Made by a program: the position numbers and the translations under genes
Shown here: positions 1 through 11,494 of the stretch, in pieces
Position numbering within the stretch: the stretch's first letter is position 1
Layout: each line of letters starts with the position of its first letter
Notes under the pieces: generated by a model
What the model was told of the DNA's origin: nothing
Seen by the model: only the letters and a program-made list of their open reading frames with translations
The model's database searches: none
Origin: Eledone cirrhosa
Taxonomy: Eukaryota
NCBI GenBank assembly: GCA_964016885.1
Contig: OZ024742.1
Location: 227,850,001 to 227,914,000 of the forward strand
Length of the DNA stretch: 64,000 nt
Direction: 5' to 3'

Positions 1-1913
1 CTATAGAGGCATTAAATTAATTGACCAGGTCATGAAGGTCACAGAAAAAGTAATAGCGCAACTAATCAGAGAGCGAATTGATCTAGATGAAATGCAGTTC
101 GAGTTTGTGTCAGGTAAAAGTACAACAGACGCTCTCTTCATTGTACGACAACTACAGGAGAAGTACCTAGCTAAAAGTAAACCCCTATACTTAGCCTTTG
201 TTGACTTGGAGAAAGCCTTTGACAGAGTACCCCGCTCGATTATCTGGTGGGCCCTTAGAAAACTAGGTGTTGATGAATGGCTTGTGAGAGCTATACAAGC
301 CATGTATAAAGAAACAGTCAGCAAGGTTAGAATTAACAACGAATATAGTGAAGAGTTTAGCGTGAAAGTTAGTGTTCATCAGGGCTCCGTCCTTAGCCCC
401 CTACTATATATTATTGCCCTTCAGGCTATAACAGAGTAGTTCAAGACCGGCTGCCCATGGGAACTCCTATATGCAGATGATGGCTGAATCAATGGCGGAA
501 CTAGAGAAGAAATTCCAAACATGGAAGCATGGCCTAGAATCAAAAGACCTTAAAGTTAACTTGTCTAAGACTAAAGTTCTAGTTTGTAGGAAGGAAAATA
601 GGGCACCGGTCTCATCTGGGAAATGACCATGCTCAGTGTGTAGAAAAGGAGTAGGCAGAAACTCCATTTTATGTCCCAAATGCAAAGTATCAGTGCATAA
701 AAGATGTAGTGGGATCACAGGTAAGCTAACTAAGAATATAGATTTTATATGTGGCCGGTGCTCTGGTGCAATAAGTAGCAGCAAGTGCCCACAGAATACT
801 AGCTCATTCCATTGCACAGATGGTTCTATAGAAATAGTGGACAGCTTCCGTTACCTGGGTGACAAAATCAGCAGTGGGGGAGGGTGCTCTGAAAGTACAG
901 TAGCTAGAGTCAGAACGGGATGGAAAAAGTTCAGAGAGCTTATACCACTATTGGGCGCTAAAGGGTTCTCTCTAAAAATGAAAGGCAGGCTGTATGATGC
1001 CTGCATACGAACAGCAATGTTACATGGCAGTGAGACCTGGGCATTGTGTGCAGACGATATACGCAGACTGGAGAGAAACGAAGCTTGCATGCTCTGCTGG
1101 ATGTGTAATAGTAACATATGTGAACGGCAAAGCATAAACGAACTAAGGGAGAAATTAGGAATAAGAGGGATCAGATGTTGTTTACTCGAGAGAAGACTAC
1201 GTTGGTACGGTCACGTGATGCGCATGAAAGACGACAGCTGTATAAAAAAGTGCAGGGCGATAAAAATAGACGGTAGCCACGGAGTAGGCAGACCCAGAAA
1301 AACCTGGGACGACTTGATAAATTCCGACCTCACACACTTACACCTCTCCAAGACAATGTCACTGGACCGAGATCTTTGGCGCTACACAGTTATACAGAAG
1401 ACCCGCCTTGCCTAAGTACAAAGCAAAACCTACAGTCAGTAGGCACCTCTAACAAAATACACCCCCGTCTCACTACCCCCACCCCATTAAATGTGAAGTT
1501 ATGTTGGTACCACAACATCCAGTCCGAAACAAATGAGGTCGTGTACGTGTCACGACAAAAAAACACACAGTCCACGCTGTAATGTGGCCGTGTAGGTAAC
1601 ACGGTAAAAACCTCCCAGAACACACTGCAAACGTGGTTGGTGTTGGGAAGGGCACCCAGCTGTAGAAAACCCGCCAGACGTGTAGGTGTCACGACAATAA
1701 AAGACACAGTCCACGATGTAATGTGGCTGTGTAGGTAACACAGTAAAAACCTCCCAGTCCACACTGTAAACGTGGTTGGTGTTAGGAAGGGCATCCAGCC
1801 GTAGAAAACCCGCCAGACAGTCCTGAGTAAGACAACGAATCTTGCCTCAAGTGGGACAATTCCCGTCCAGACCCATGCTAGCGTGGAAAATGGACGTTAA
1901 ACGATGATGATGA

Positions 1914-1917
<4 letters not shown>
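1..1917 (+). mobile_element. RTE-clade LINE, 3' part (degenerate), cut by the window edge
   Basis: RT motifs FVDLEKAFD, HQGSVLSP and YADD, PHD-like finger, RTE C-terminus. Premature stops at 437 and 624. Internally duplicated 3'UTR, (GAT)n tail, then (TA)n. Confidence 0.93.
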
Positions 1918-1954
<37 letters not shown>

Positions 1955-3004
1955 TATGTGTGTGTGTGCATGCGTGCATGCAATGTCTATGTTTATACCT
2001 GTGTTTATGTCCCGTAACTTACCAGTTCGACAAAAAAAAGATCAATAAAATAAGTACCAGGCTTGAAAAAACATGTTCTGAGATTGATATGGTTGACTAA
2101 ACTGGAACCAGTAACAGAATAAAAATAATTGCATTTCACATATTTACCGTATACATACTTGTGTTTAGATCTCACCCAGTACATCATTTTTGGCTCAGTA
2201 TTTGACTCACATATAAGGAAGTAAGACAAATCTGTGTTTTTACAATGCTCTTTCAATAGAAACAGCTGAAACTTATGCACAGGTCTTCATCATCACCATC
2301 ATATATTTACTTTTTCCTTATGTTGTCATGGGCTGGACAGGTTGTTTCAGATCAAGTTGGTACTTTATTGGAGATACTATCTATTTGAGACGTCTTTCCA
2401 AACACTAACCACTTTACATAAGTTACCCTGGTTCATTTTATCATGAACATCATCATTCTTTCATGTCTATTTTCCATACTGGCATAAGTGAGATGAGTCT
2501 GTTTCTATATCTCATTCAATAGGTTCCAATTTTGGCAATTTTTTCAGCTGAATGCTCTTTGAGAAACCAACCACTTTACAGGGTGAGTGGATGCCTTTTA
2601 TCATGGCACATGTACAAGTATATATAGTATATCTAGACACAACACGGCCAAATATTTAAAAAGTTTGCTTCACAATCATTTGGTTTAAGGGTTCAATCCC
2701 AATGCATGGCATCTTGAGTAAGTGCCATTTACCATATCATGAGGTCAACACATACCATGTGTGAAATTACTTGACAGCTCATTGGATGAACTATATCTAT
2801 AATTCAAAGGACCAGTCTTGTCACACACTGTATTATGTTGAATCTCCCTGAGAATTACGTTAAAGGTACACATGTCAATTACACATTAATTTCATGAGCA
2901 GGCTGTTCCATAGATCAAATAACTGAAAAACCCATTTTCAAAACCAACGGAGGTCCATATATATTTTATGAACACAGAAAAAATAAGGTTAAGGAATTAT
3001 TTAC

Positions 3005-3207
3005 GTATATATTGATCTAACACAAGTTGTTTTCTGCTTGGTGCCACTAACAAAAATATTGGTGTATTTATGGTGATATTTGGGTAATTAGCAATTGGTT
3101 GTAGTGGGTTAACGATGTCTGTTAGTAAGTGTCCTTCGAAAAGGAGTATCTGGCTGGCTGCGTTGATGTCTGTCTGGGTTGCAATTAATTCCTGTAGGTT
3201 AGTGTAA
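3005..3207 (-). CDS. TBK1: TBK1 coding exon 9, ubiquitin-like domain (YTNLQELIATQTDINAASQILLFEG...TPIFLL...)
   Basis: Matches the TBK1 ULD pattern ELVYKQT..QELIYEG..NPIFV. ttttag| acceptor, |gtaaat donor. 203 nt, phase 2/1. Later exons were not found in the window. Confidence 0.85.
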
Positions 3208-3949
3208 CTAAAACAGAAATCATAAAAAAACACATTAAGTCAGTCACAAGCGGTGCAATAGATATTATGAATATTTAACTCTTAACACTCTCTACTACAT
3301 GAAATTACATTAGCAAGACATTCTTCAAAACTATGAAACAACATTTTGACTGTATCACATTAATATTAAAGCCCTTAGTTTACTGCAAATTTTCACAATT
3401 TGTCCATCCACTAATAAAGATATAAGCATCTTAATTTCAAAATACGTTAGCAAGAAATTGTTGAAAAGTACAAAACTGCACTATGACAGCATCACATTAA
3501 AAATATAATCTTTAGTTTATTGCAAATTTTCATAACAATCAGTCTACTAGTAAAGATACTGTAAACACTTGAATGAACTAACCACATTAACGAGACATTT
3601 TTTTGAAAATGACAAAATAGAATGATGACTGTAACACATGGAAAATTTGAAGTCGTTGTCATCATTACCATCATCATTTATCCATACTAGCATGGGTTGG
3701 ATGGATCATCACAGACCAAGTCAGTACTAAATCAGAATGACTGTCCTCCTAGGGTCCGTGTTTCACACTATGCTCCAGTTTTGGCATGGTTTCTACAGCT
3801 GGATGCCTTTTCTATCACAAACCCCTTTACAGAGTATACTGGGTGTATTTTATTGTAGTAGCAACAGATGTCCTTGACACAACTTGCATGACATGGTTGT
3901 TTCTATAGCTAGATGACCTTCCAAACCACTTTACAGTCATTATCATCAT

Positions 3950-4330
3950 CATCATTACTATTTAACACTATTTTCCTATTTGCATGGGTTGTACATTGTA
4001 AAGTATAGAAACCAGTAAAATAATATGTTAAGTAGCATATTCCTGGTTCCCATCTGTACAGATGCAGAAACAAGCACCAACAAGTGTTTTAAGACCATCT
4101 TCCTTTGTGAGCAGTCCCATGACAATTTTCTCCATTTTGTCCCATTGTCTGCATCCCCCCTTCTCCAACCATCTGGCTTTCATTTCCTCCTCCATGTCAT
4201 TCTTGGTCTTCCCTTTCTTCAACTTACTTCCACTTCCATTTCCATCATTCATCTCACCCAGTCACTTTCATCGTTCCTCAACACATGATCCAACCATCTC
4301 ATTTCATTTCTCTTCACAACATTCATCATT
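3950..4330 (-). mobile_element. Old RTE-type LINE 3' fragment
   Basis: Minus strand reads RWLDHVLR...KGRPRMTWRR with stops. A related fragment lies at about 36060-36450. Confidence 0.55.
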
Positions 4331-4812
4331 CCTCAACATTTCTGTTCACAACACCCATCACTGGTTCTATATTCATCACCCTCTGAAATTCACTATTTGT
4401 CTTGCTCTCTCTCAGCGATACTCCACTCATCCACTGAAAGAATTTTGAGTATTAAGAAAGTATTTCAACATATGCTACCAGAAAAAAAGTATAGAAAGAG
4501 ATATGCAAAGAATAATAAACCAGATAAGAGAAGACCAAGAACAATTTTGCCAGAAAAATTAAGAAGTGACCTAAGGATAAACTCAACAAAGCCTCAAAAT
4601 ATGAGAATCCCAAGATGGGATCTGTTCACAGTTCAATACACATACTCATAAACAGACTGTCAACCAAGTTGTTGCATTGTATTGATCACCAAGTGATTGC
4701 AATACTCTTGTGTTCTCGTATTTGTGGATTATTGAAAATAGACTTTGAGTAGCAATATAACTAAGTGAATGAACATTTTATTATCATTTCTACTATTTTC
4801 GGTGTATTGTAT

Positions 4813-5153
4813 GGAAGCACATAGCTTAGTGGTTAGAGCATTGGCCTTGCAATCGAAAGGTTGTGAGTTCAATTCTCAGACCGGGTGATGTGTTGTTTCT
4901 TTGAGCAAGACACTTTATTTCACATTGCTCCAGTTTACTCAGCTGTAGAAATGAGATGATAGGGACTGGGGTCCATATCATTCCACTGCAAAGTGGTCGT
5001 GGAGGTGCCATGGCAAAAAAAGCACCCAGCACTCACTGTAAATGAGGTTGGTGTTAGGAAGGGCATCCAGCTGTAGAAATCAAGCCAGAATCAGTTCCCG
5101 TCCCACCCTTGCAAACAGGGAAAAGCGGACGTAAAATGATGATGATGATGATG
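4813..5153 (+). mobile_element. tRNA-derived SINE with RTE-derived 3' tail
   Basis: Box A-like TAGCTTAGTGGTTAGAGC and box B-like GAGTTCAATTCTC, a central domain, and a 3' end matching the RTE 3'UTR ending in (GAT)n. Second copy at 28891-29210. Confidence 0.85.
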
Positions 5154-5194
5154 TATGATTTTTAAACACTCAATGTCTTCATTTAAGAACATTT

Positions 5195-5540
5195 TTCATC
5201 AATATAGCACTGAATATTTATCTTATGGGTTTATCGCTTCTCTTCAGAGCAGTCAATTAACTATGTGCCTTATGTGCAACCAAACTTGAAGCCATGAAAC
5301 CTTCACACTTAAAATATCCTTCTAAGTATGTTGACCAGACGGAAAAAGAAATTGTCCTTTGTCATATTTTTTACAACTTAAGACCTCGTTCGAAAAGCAG
5401 ATAATGTTGATTTTGGAATTTCAGAAAGCATCAAGATAATGGGACGACTGCATTACTGGCAGCAATAGCCAGTAAGTCCCACACTATAAGAGAAACGTTA
5501 GTTCAACCTGTTATTGAAGAAGTTCCCTCGACTGTAATGT
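5195..5540 (+). mobile_element. hAT (Buster/Charlie-like) transposase remnant
   Basis: Broken frames read QYSTEYLSYGF, EAMKPSHL and KSHTIRETLVQP, resembling Buster-family YLxYGF, MKPSKL and KPHTIGExLIxP motifs. Confidence 0.6.
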
Positions 5541-5619
5541 ATTAAAAGCTAGACATAATTATCAAGAATTTCACTTAGTAAAAAGGCAATTTCTCGCTGA
5601 ATTTTTATTAGTCACCAGT

Positions 5620-6085
5620 AGTCATCATCATCACTGTTTAACGTCTATTTTCCATGCTGGCATGGGTTAGACGAGTTATCCTGTTGTGATAGGACAGGTG
5701 ACTATGTCCTGCTCATATAGAACTGCTTTGGGCTTGGTTTCTACAGCTGGATGCCCTTCTTAGTGCCAATCTCATTTACAGTGAGTGCTGGGTGCTTTTT
5801 GTTGTGACACCTACACGATCACTTTACAGTATGGACTGGGCGCTTTTTGTTGTGTCGCCAACATGATCACTTTACAGTGTGGGCTGGAGGCTTCACTGGA
5901 TGTAACTTTAGTTTGTCCTTATGGGAGATGTATGGGAGTGGATGTGGTGGTGTATACTATATATAAGCTTCAGGTACGGCCTGTGCCTGTGGGAATTTGG
6001 GTCTTCTGTATTACTGCGTAATACCAGAGATCTTGGTCCTGGGTCATCACCTTTGAAAAGTGCAATTGGGTGAGATTAGCTTCAT
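5620..6085 (-). mobile_element. RTE LINE 3' end (degenerate)
   Basis: Reverse complement of the RTE 3'UTR and last codons, with a (CAT)n tail at about 5620. Confidence 0.7.
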
Positions 6086-6198
6086 AATTATGAACAAAAA
6101 TTGATGAATTTTTTTCACTACATCATAAAATGTCAGTTTATGAGCCATTAACAAACTTTTACGAAACATTTTTGATATGCTTTTGAATATTATACAAG

Positions 6199-7234
6199 TG
6201 CCCCAAATGCAAACAATGGGTACACAAGAGATGTAGCGGGATCTCAGGAAGCTTAATTAAGAATGTAGGCTTCACATGCAGTAGCTGTGCTGAGACAGCA
6301 AGCAGCAAACAGCCACAGGAAACAAGTACCACCAATCTCTGGGAGGGCTCTGTAGAAACAGTAGACAGCTTCTGCTACCTAGGTGACCGAATTAGCAGCG
6401 GAGGTGGGTGTTCAGAAAGTACAATAACTAGGGTAAGAACGGGATGGAAGAAGTTTAGGGAACTACTACCACTGCTAGCTGCAAAAGGCTTCTCTCTCAG
6501 AATGAAAGGCAGACTGTATGATGCGTGTATCCGAACAGCAATGTTGCATGGTAGTGAGACCTGGGCGCTGAAGGTGGAAGACTTACATAGATTAGAGAGA
6601 AACGAAGCCTGCATGCTCCGATGGATGTGTAACAGTAATATACGTGAACGGCAAAGCATAAATGAATTGAGAGAGAGACTGAGCATAAGAGGAATCAAAT
6701 GCTGTGTGCAGGAGAGGCGGTTTCGCTGGTATGGACATGTGATGCGTATGAAGGATGACAGCTGCATAAAAAGGTGCAGAGCACTAGAAGTTGATGGAAA
6801 CCGCGGAGTGGGGAGACCCAAGATGACCTGGGATGAGGTGATAAAAGCCGACCTTACCCAATTACACCTCTCAAAGGCAATCACACACGACCGTGACTTC
6901 TGGCGTCACGCAGTAATACAGAGTACCCGACCTCCCATGGGTACAAGCTGAAGCATATAGACAATATGCCCCCACACCCCCCACCGCAAGGTGGTCGTGG
7001 AGGTGCCACGGCAAAAAAGCACCCAGCCCATACTGTAAAGTGGACGTGTCGGCGCCACGAAAAAGCACTCAGCACTCACTGTAAATGAGGTTGGTGTTAG
7101 GAAGGGCATCCAGCTGTAGAAATCAAGCCAGAATCAGTTCCTGTATGAGCAAGGCATGGTCAACCGACCAGACACTGCCCACAACAGGACAACCCGTCTA
7201 ACCCATGCTAGCGTGGAAGAACGGACGTAAAACG
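6199..7234 (+). mobile_element. 5'-truncated RTE LINE, same subfamily as the intact element at 7834-14735
   Basis: Near-identical reverse complement of about 7851-8882. ORF 6502-6951 corresponds to the C-terminus of the 1039-aa ORF. Confidence 0.95.
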
Positions 7235-8131
7235 TGAAAGTGGGCAATGACGCAAAACCCTGCTCTAGATACGGTCATAGAGTCTGATCCATGCTCTCTA
7301 TTCAACATGTCTCCAAGGTAACAAAACGTGTTCACACTCTTTCCAAGAGCCAGCTCAACAATTTACACTGAAACCTGTATATACCATATTTCTTTGTGTA
7401 TAATATGACTTGAATATAAACCAATGTCTCTAAAAAATGGGAATATATTACGACCTTGTGTATAAGATGACTTCTATTTATGAAGTTAAAATCATGGGAA
7501 TAAATTACATTCTTGTGTACAATACAACCCCAGAATATAGTCATGTCTATGAAATTTATTTTGTAAACTTGATCTCAATCTCACACATATTTCACTATAA
7601 TAATACATTTTTCATTATGTAAAAGAATGTAAACCAACATGATATTTAGCAAATATTACCAGTATATCAAATGCCATTTATAAATAATTGTTATGAACAT
7701 GTATTTGCATTCTTGTCATTTGATACAAATATTTTTAAGCCCAGTAAAGTTTTTTTTAAAATGTTTACTCATGTATTATGCCCTACCACCCAATACACTT
7801 TTGTTAACCTTAACTTTAAACATTTTTTATATTATCATCATCATCATCACCGTTTTACGTCCGTTCTTCCACGCTAGCATGGGTTAGACGGGTTGTCCTG
7901 TTGTGGGCAGTGTCTGGTCGGCTGACCATGCCTTGCTCATACAGGAACTGATCTGGCTTGATTTCTACAGCTGGATGCCCTTCCTAACACCAACCTCATT
8001 TACAGTGAGTGCTGGGTGCTTTTTCGTGGCGCCTACACGTCCACTTTACAGTGTGGGCTGGGTGCTTTTTTGCCGTGGCACCTCCACGACCACCTTGCGG
8101 TGGGGGGGGGGGGGCATATTGTTTATATGCT

Positions 8132-11100
8132 TCAGCATGTACCCATGGGAGGTCGGGTACCCTGTATTACTGCGTGACGCCAGAAGTCACGGTCGTGTGT
8201 CATTGACTTTGCGAGGTGTAGTTGGGTAAGGTCGGCTTTTATCACCTCATCCCAAGTCATCTTGGGTCTCCCCACTCCGCGGTTTCCATCAACTTCTAGT
8301 GCTCTGCACCTTTTTATGCAGCTGTCATCCTTCATACGCATCACATGCCCATACCAGCGTAACCGCCTCTCCTGCACGCAGCATTTGATTCCTCTTATGC
8401 TCAGTCTCTCTCTCAATTCATTTATGCTTTGTCGTTCACGTATATTACTGTTACACATCCATCGGAGCATGCAGGCTTCGTTTCTCTCTAATCTACGTAG
8501 GTCTTCCACCTTCAGCGCCCAGGTCTCACTACCATGCAACATCGCTGTTCGGATACACGCATCATACAGTCTGCCTTTCATTCTGAGGGAGAAGCCTTTT
8601 GCAGCTAGCAGTGGTAGTAGTTCCCTAAACTTCTTCCATCCCGTTCTTACCCTAGTTATTGTACTTTCTGAGCACCCACCTCCGTTGCTAATTCGGTCAC
8701 CTAGGTAGCAGAAGCTGTCTACTGTTTCTACAGGGCCCTCCCAGAGATTGGTGGTACTTGTTTCCTGTGGCTGTTTGCTTGCTGTTTCAGCACAGCTGCT
8801 GCATGTGAATCCTACATTCTTAATTAAGCTTCCTGAGATCCCGCTACATCTCTTGTGTACCCATTGTTTGCATTTGGGGCAAAGAATGGAGTTCCTACCT
8901 ACACCTTTCCTACATACTGAGCAAGGCCATTTCCCTGAGGGGATCTGGGTTCTGTTTTCTCGTCTACTTATAAGGACCTTAGTCTTTGTCATGTTGACTT
9001 TGAGGCCCTTTCTCTCTAGTCCCTGCTTCCAGGTTTGGAATTTATTCTCTAGTTCTACCATAGATTCAGCTATGAGTGCGAGGTCATCAGCATACAGGAG
9101 TTCCCATGGGCATCCGGTCTTAAACTCCTCCGTTATTGCCTGCAGGACTATGATGAACAGGAGAGGGCTAAGAACAGAGCCCTGGTGGACCCCAACCTGT
9201 ACGCTAAATTCCTCGCTATACTCATTGCCAATCCTAACTTTGCTGACTGCTCCCCTATACATGGCTTGTACCGCTTTCACAAGCCATTCATCTACTCCTA
9301 GTTTTCTAAGAGCCCACCAGATTACTGCACGTGGAACTCTGTCAAAGGCTTTCTCAAGGTCGACAAATGCCAAGTAGAGTGGCTTACTTTTAGCTAGGTA
9401 CTTTTCCTGTAATTGCCTCACAAGGAAGAGCGCATCAGTGGTGCCTTTCCCTGGAACAAACCCAAATTGCATCTCGTCTATATTCACCCGGTCCCTAATC
9501 AGCTGTGCTATAACTCTTTCTGTTACTTTCATGACCTGGTCCATCAACTTTATACCTCTATAGTTTCCTCTATCTAGTGCATCGCCTTTACCTTTGTAGC
9601 AGTTGACAATGATGCTACTGCACCAATCTTTTGGTATGGCCCCCTCTAGTATTACCTGGTTAACGATACGTGTGGTTATAGTGTGACCTACAGACCCAGA
9701 TGCCTTCAGCATCTCGGCAGCTATACCCGATGGACCGGTTGCCTTCCCTATCTTCATATCTCTGATTGCCTTACTTACTACGCTGCCGCTGACTTGTACT
9801 GCTGGTCCCTCTATAGGGTCTACGTGGGGTAGGGTCTCTTCTTCCCATGCATTCTCCTCATTTAGTAATCTATCATAATGACTCTTCCATGCATCTTTCT
9901 TCTCAGCACTTGTGAGGGCAAGCTCACCTTTATCATTCCGGATACACTTCTCTCCAATGACATCACAACTATCTCTGACACACTGCCTCGCAATCTTGAA
10001 TACCTCCTGTTTCTGGTCCTCACGTTGTAAAACATGCTTGAATTTTCTATCCTCTGCTTCCCTCCTAGCTAAGTATACTTGTCGCCTAGCTTCCCTCTTG
10101 GTCTCTATGTAATGTACCCTGCTCCCCCCGTTCTTCCATTCTTTCCATGCCTGTCTCTTGGCCTTGACTGCTTCATCTACCTTATTGTTCCACCACCAAG
10201 TCACTCTCCTCCTGCTTGAGGTCTTACTCCAGCCACAAACCTCATCCGTCGCCTCTAGTAAGTTATTTTTTAGGAACTCCCAGTTCTCTTCTACGTTAAA
10301 TGTCTCTATCTGTTCTTCTTTACTGTCGTAGGCGTTGAGTAAAATATCTTTAAATCTGTTACTGGTTGAGGGGACTTTCAGCTTCCAGATCTTTCTTCTC
10401 CAGGTTGGCCTCTGTTTCAGGGCTCGTCTAGTTCTGACCGTGAGGTCGCTGACAACTAAGCTATGTTGGGATGTACATTCCTCACTAGGGAAGGCTTTTG
10501 TGTTTACGACCGTCCATCTGTCACGTCCTCTGATGAGGATAAAATCTAACTGATTAGAGTGCTCCCCTGATCTATAGGTGATCAGGTGGTTGTCGGGTTT
10601 TTTAAAGTTTGTGTTACATATCGACATGTCATTGGCGTCGCAGAATTCTAGAAGTCTGAATCCTTCCTCATTCCTTGTGCCAACTCCATGGCCTCCATGT
10701 ACTCTATTGAAGCCGTCGCAGTGTTTACCTACGTGTCCGTTAAAATCTCCTGCAATGATTAGGAAGTCCTTGTCGTCTGTTAGAGCAGTAGTGTGTATTA
10801 GGGACTCGTAAAACCTATCCTTAAGTTCGTCTGGCAGCCCCGATTGGGGTGCGTAAGCTGATATTATTGTGGTAATTGTCTTATTCAGGACTAGTCTGAG
10901 TTTAATGATTCTTGCATTTACCCTGTACACTGAGATTACTTTATCTACCCACTTGTCAGCTAATAGTATACCTACACCACCCATCCCATCGTCATTTCCC
11001 ACCCAGAAAAATTTGTAGCACTGGCTTTTTCCTACAAGGACTCTAGCAGACCCTCCTCTCCATCTAGTCTCTTGCACACAGCATACATCAACTTCCTTTC

Positions 11101-11251
11101 GCTCTAGCATTTCTACGATTTCTCCTGCTCTTCCTTTCATTGAGCCTACATTGATGGTACCAACTCGGAGTTTTGGGCATTTGTCGACACTCGTAGGGGA
11201 GGGTCTCTGGGTTGGCGCTTCACGTGGGTGCTTGGTAGCTCGCAGATTCAT
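8132..11251 (-). CDS. RTE LINE polyprotein, 1039 aa: APE endonuclease, reverse transcriptase, PHD-type C4HC3 finger, C-terminal domain
   Basis: APE motifs TINVG, CVQETRW, SAYAPQ, GDFNGH, DFIL, SQH. RT motifs NYRGIKL, QFGF, FVDLEKAFD, GVHQGSVLSPLLF, YADD. No stops or frameshifts. Confidence 0.96.
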   Translation of the reverse strand: MNLRATKHPREAPTQRPSPTSVDKCPKLRVGTINVGSMKGRAGEIVEMLERKEVDVCCVQETRWRGGSARVLVGKSQCYKFFWVGNDDGMGGVGILLADKWVDKVISVYRVNARIIKLRLVLNKTITTIISAYAPQSGLPDELKDRFYESLIHTTALTDDKDFLIIAGDFNGHVGKHCDGFNRVHGGHGVGTRNEEGFRLLEFCDANDMSICNTNFKKPDNHLITYRSGEHSNQLDFILIRGRDRWTVVNTKAFPSEECTSQHSLVVSDLTVRTRRALKQRPTWRRKIWKLKVPSTSNRFKDILLNAYDSKEEQIETFNVEENWEFLKNNLLEATDEVCGWSKTSSRRRVTWWWNNKVDEAVKAKRQAWKEWKNGGSRVHYIETKREARRQVYLARREAEDRKFKHVLQREDQKQEVFKIARQCVRDSCDVIGEKCIRNDKGELALTSAEKKDAWKSHYDRLLNEENAWEEETLPHVDPIEGPAVQVSGSVVSKAIRDMKIGKATGPSGIAAEMLKASGSVGHTITTRIVNQVILEGAIPKDWCSSIIVNCYKGKGDALDRGNYRGIKLMDQVMKVTERVIAQLIRDRVNIDEMQFGFVPGKGTTDALFLVRQLQEKYLAKSKPLYLAFVDLEKAFDRVPRAVIWWALRKLGVDEWLVKAVQAMYRGAVSKVRIGNEYSEEFSVQVGVHQGSVLSPLLFIIVLQAITEEFKTGCPWELLYADDLALIAESMVELENKFQTWKQGLERKGLKVNMTKTKVLISRRENRTQIPSGKWPCSVCRKGVGRNSILCPKCKQWVHKRCSGISGSLIKNVGFTCSSCAETASKQPQETSTTNLWEGPVETVDSFCYLGDRISNGGGCSESTITRVRTGWKKFRELLPLLAAKGFSLRMKGRLYDACIRTAMLHGSETWALKVEDLRRLERNEACMLRWMCNSNIRERQSINELRERLSIRGIKCCVQERRLRWYGHVMRMKDDSCIKRCRALEVDGNRGVGRPKMTWDEVIKADLTQLHLAKSMTHDRDFWRHAVIQGTRPPMGTC

Positions 11252-11494
11252 ATTTCATCTATTGATTCAGAGTTGCTCGTGTATTCCCAGCTCATCCATC
11301 CCTAACGGTGGGAAAATTGAGGGCTAGAAGGACAGTGGTGGTGGGGTAATGGCAGGGTGTGTTGGGATGCGCCAGAGGAGGAGAGAGTTAGTTAGGCAGG
11401 TAGTAGCAGCAGCAGCAGTGGAAATGGCATGCTAGGTTTGATTGGTCGAATAGACTATGGTGGTGTGTGGGGGTGGGGGGGAGGGAAATTGTGA

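Noticed and set aside
2150-2270. Candidate next TBK1 exon
   Set aside because: The required phase hits a TAA after seven codons, and there is no similarity to the expected sequence.
4813-4885. tRNA gene
   Set aside because: A and B boxes are present, but there is no full cloverleaf and it continues into a SINE body and tail.
8262-10811. Series of antisense ORFs opposite the RTE ORF, and similar ones opposite other TEs
   Set aside because: Shadow frames of coding sequence with no recognisable motifs.
8132-11251. Bacterial retron, DGR or defence-associated RT system
   Set aside because: APE plus RT architecture, simple-repeat tail, TSD and many truncated copies identify an RTE LINE in a spliceosomal intron.
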